DNA of 64,000 nucleotides, from NCBI RefSeq assembly GCF_002113885.1, contig NW_018407191.1:458744-522743 (forward strand), written 5' to 3'. Within the stretch, counting starts at the first letter, position 1; each line of letters begins with the position of its first letter. Positions 63,857 to 64,000 of this stretch are shown here, piece after piece. Below the pieces are notes generated by a model. It was not told the DNA's origin. It was given only the letters and a program-made list of their open reading frames with translations, and made no database searches. Source of the stretch: Mizuhopecten yessoensis (lineage: Eukaryota). Both the position numbers and the translations under genes were made by a program.

Positions 63857-64000
63857 GATAGAAAGATGAGCCAGGCTTCATCCAAAGAGATAGAAAGGGG
63901 GAGCCAGGCTTTGTCCAAAGAGTTGGAAAGGGGAGCCAGGCTTTACCAAAAGAGTTGGAAAGGGGCGCCATGCTTTGTCCAAAGAATTTGAAAGGGGAGC
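63857..64000 (+). repeat. About 32-bp minisatellite running off the window end
   Basis: Variants of GAGCCAGGCTTTGTCCAAAGAGTTGGAAAGGG, at least 4 copies. Confidence 0.9.

Overview
AT-rich eukaryotic genomic DNA. The repeat content (V- and Meta-domain tRNA SINEs, Naiad-like Penelope elements, L2, CR1) points to a mollusc, probably a bivalve; this is inference. Most entries in the ORF track are noise or transposon debris. Two intron-containing host genes can be spliced by hand, both on the + strand. (1) A 3-exon gene at 31596-35692 encoding a 163-aa secreted protein (19-aa signal peptide, 4 Cys) that I cannot assign to any family; its first exon is absent from the ORF track. (2) A 10-coding-exon ornithine-decarboxylase-family gene at 53816-59746 (411 aa). 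It keeps the PLP and catalytic residues but has a remodelled substrate-specificity element, no C-terminal degron tail, a candidate two-exon leader with a uORF, and one intron that works only with non-canonical ends (TT..AG or GT..TA). The rest comprises the 5' end of a Gypsy-type LTR element (gag, protease, tRNA-Leu PBS), a decayed near-full-length CR1, a young 5'-truncated L2, many Penelope-like fragments, SINEs, MITEs, minisatellites and a minimal hammerhead-like motif near 63.5 kb. Single 'n' characters at 690, 33096 and 60620 probably mark collapsed assembly gaps. No CRISPR, rRNA or genuine tRNA genes were seen.
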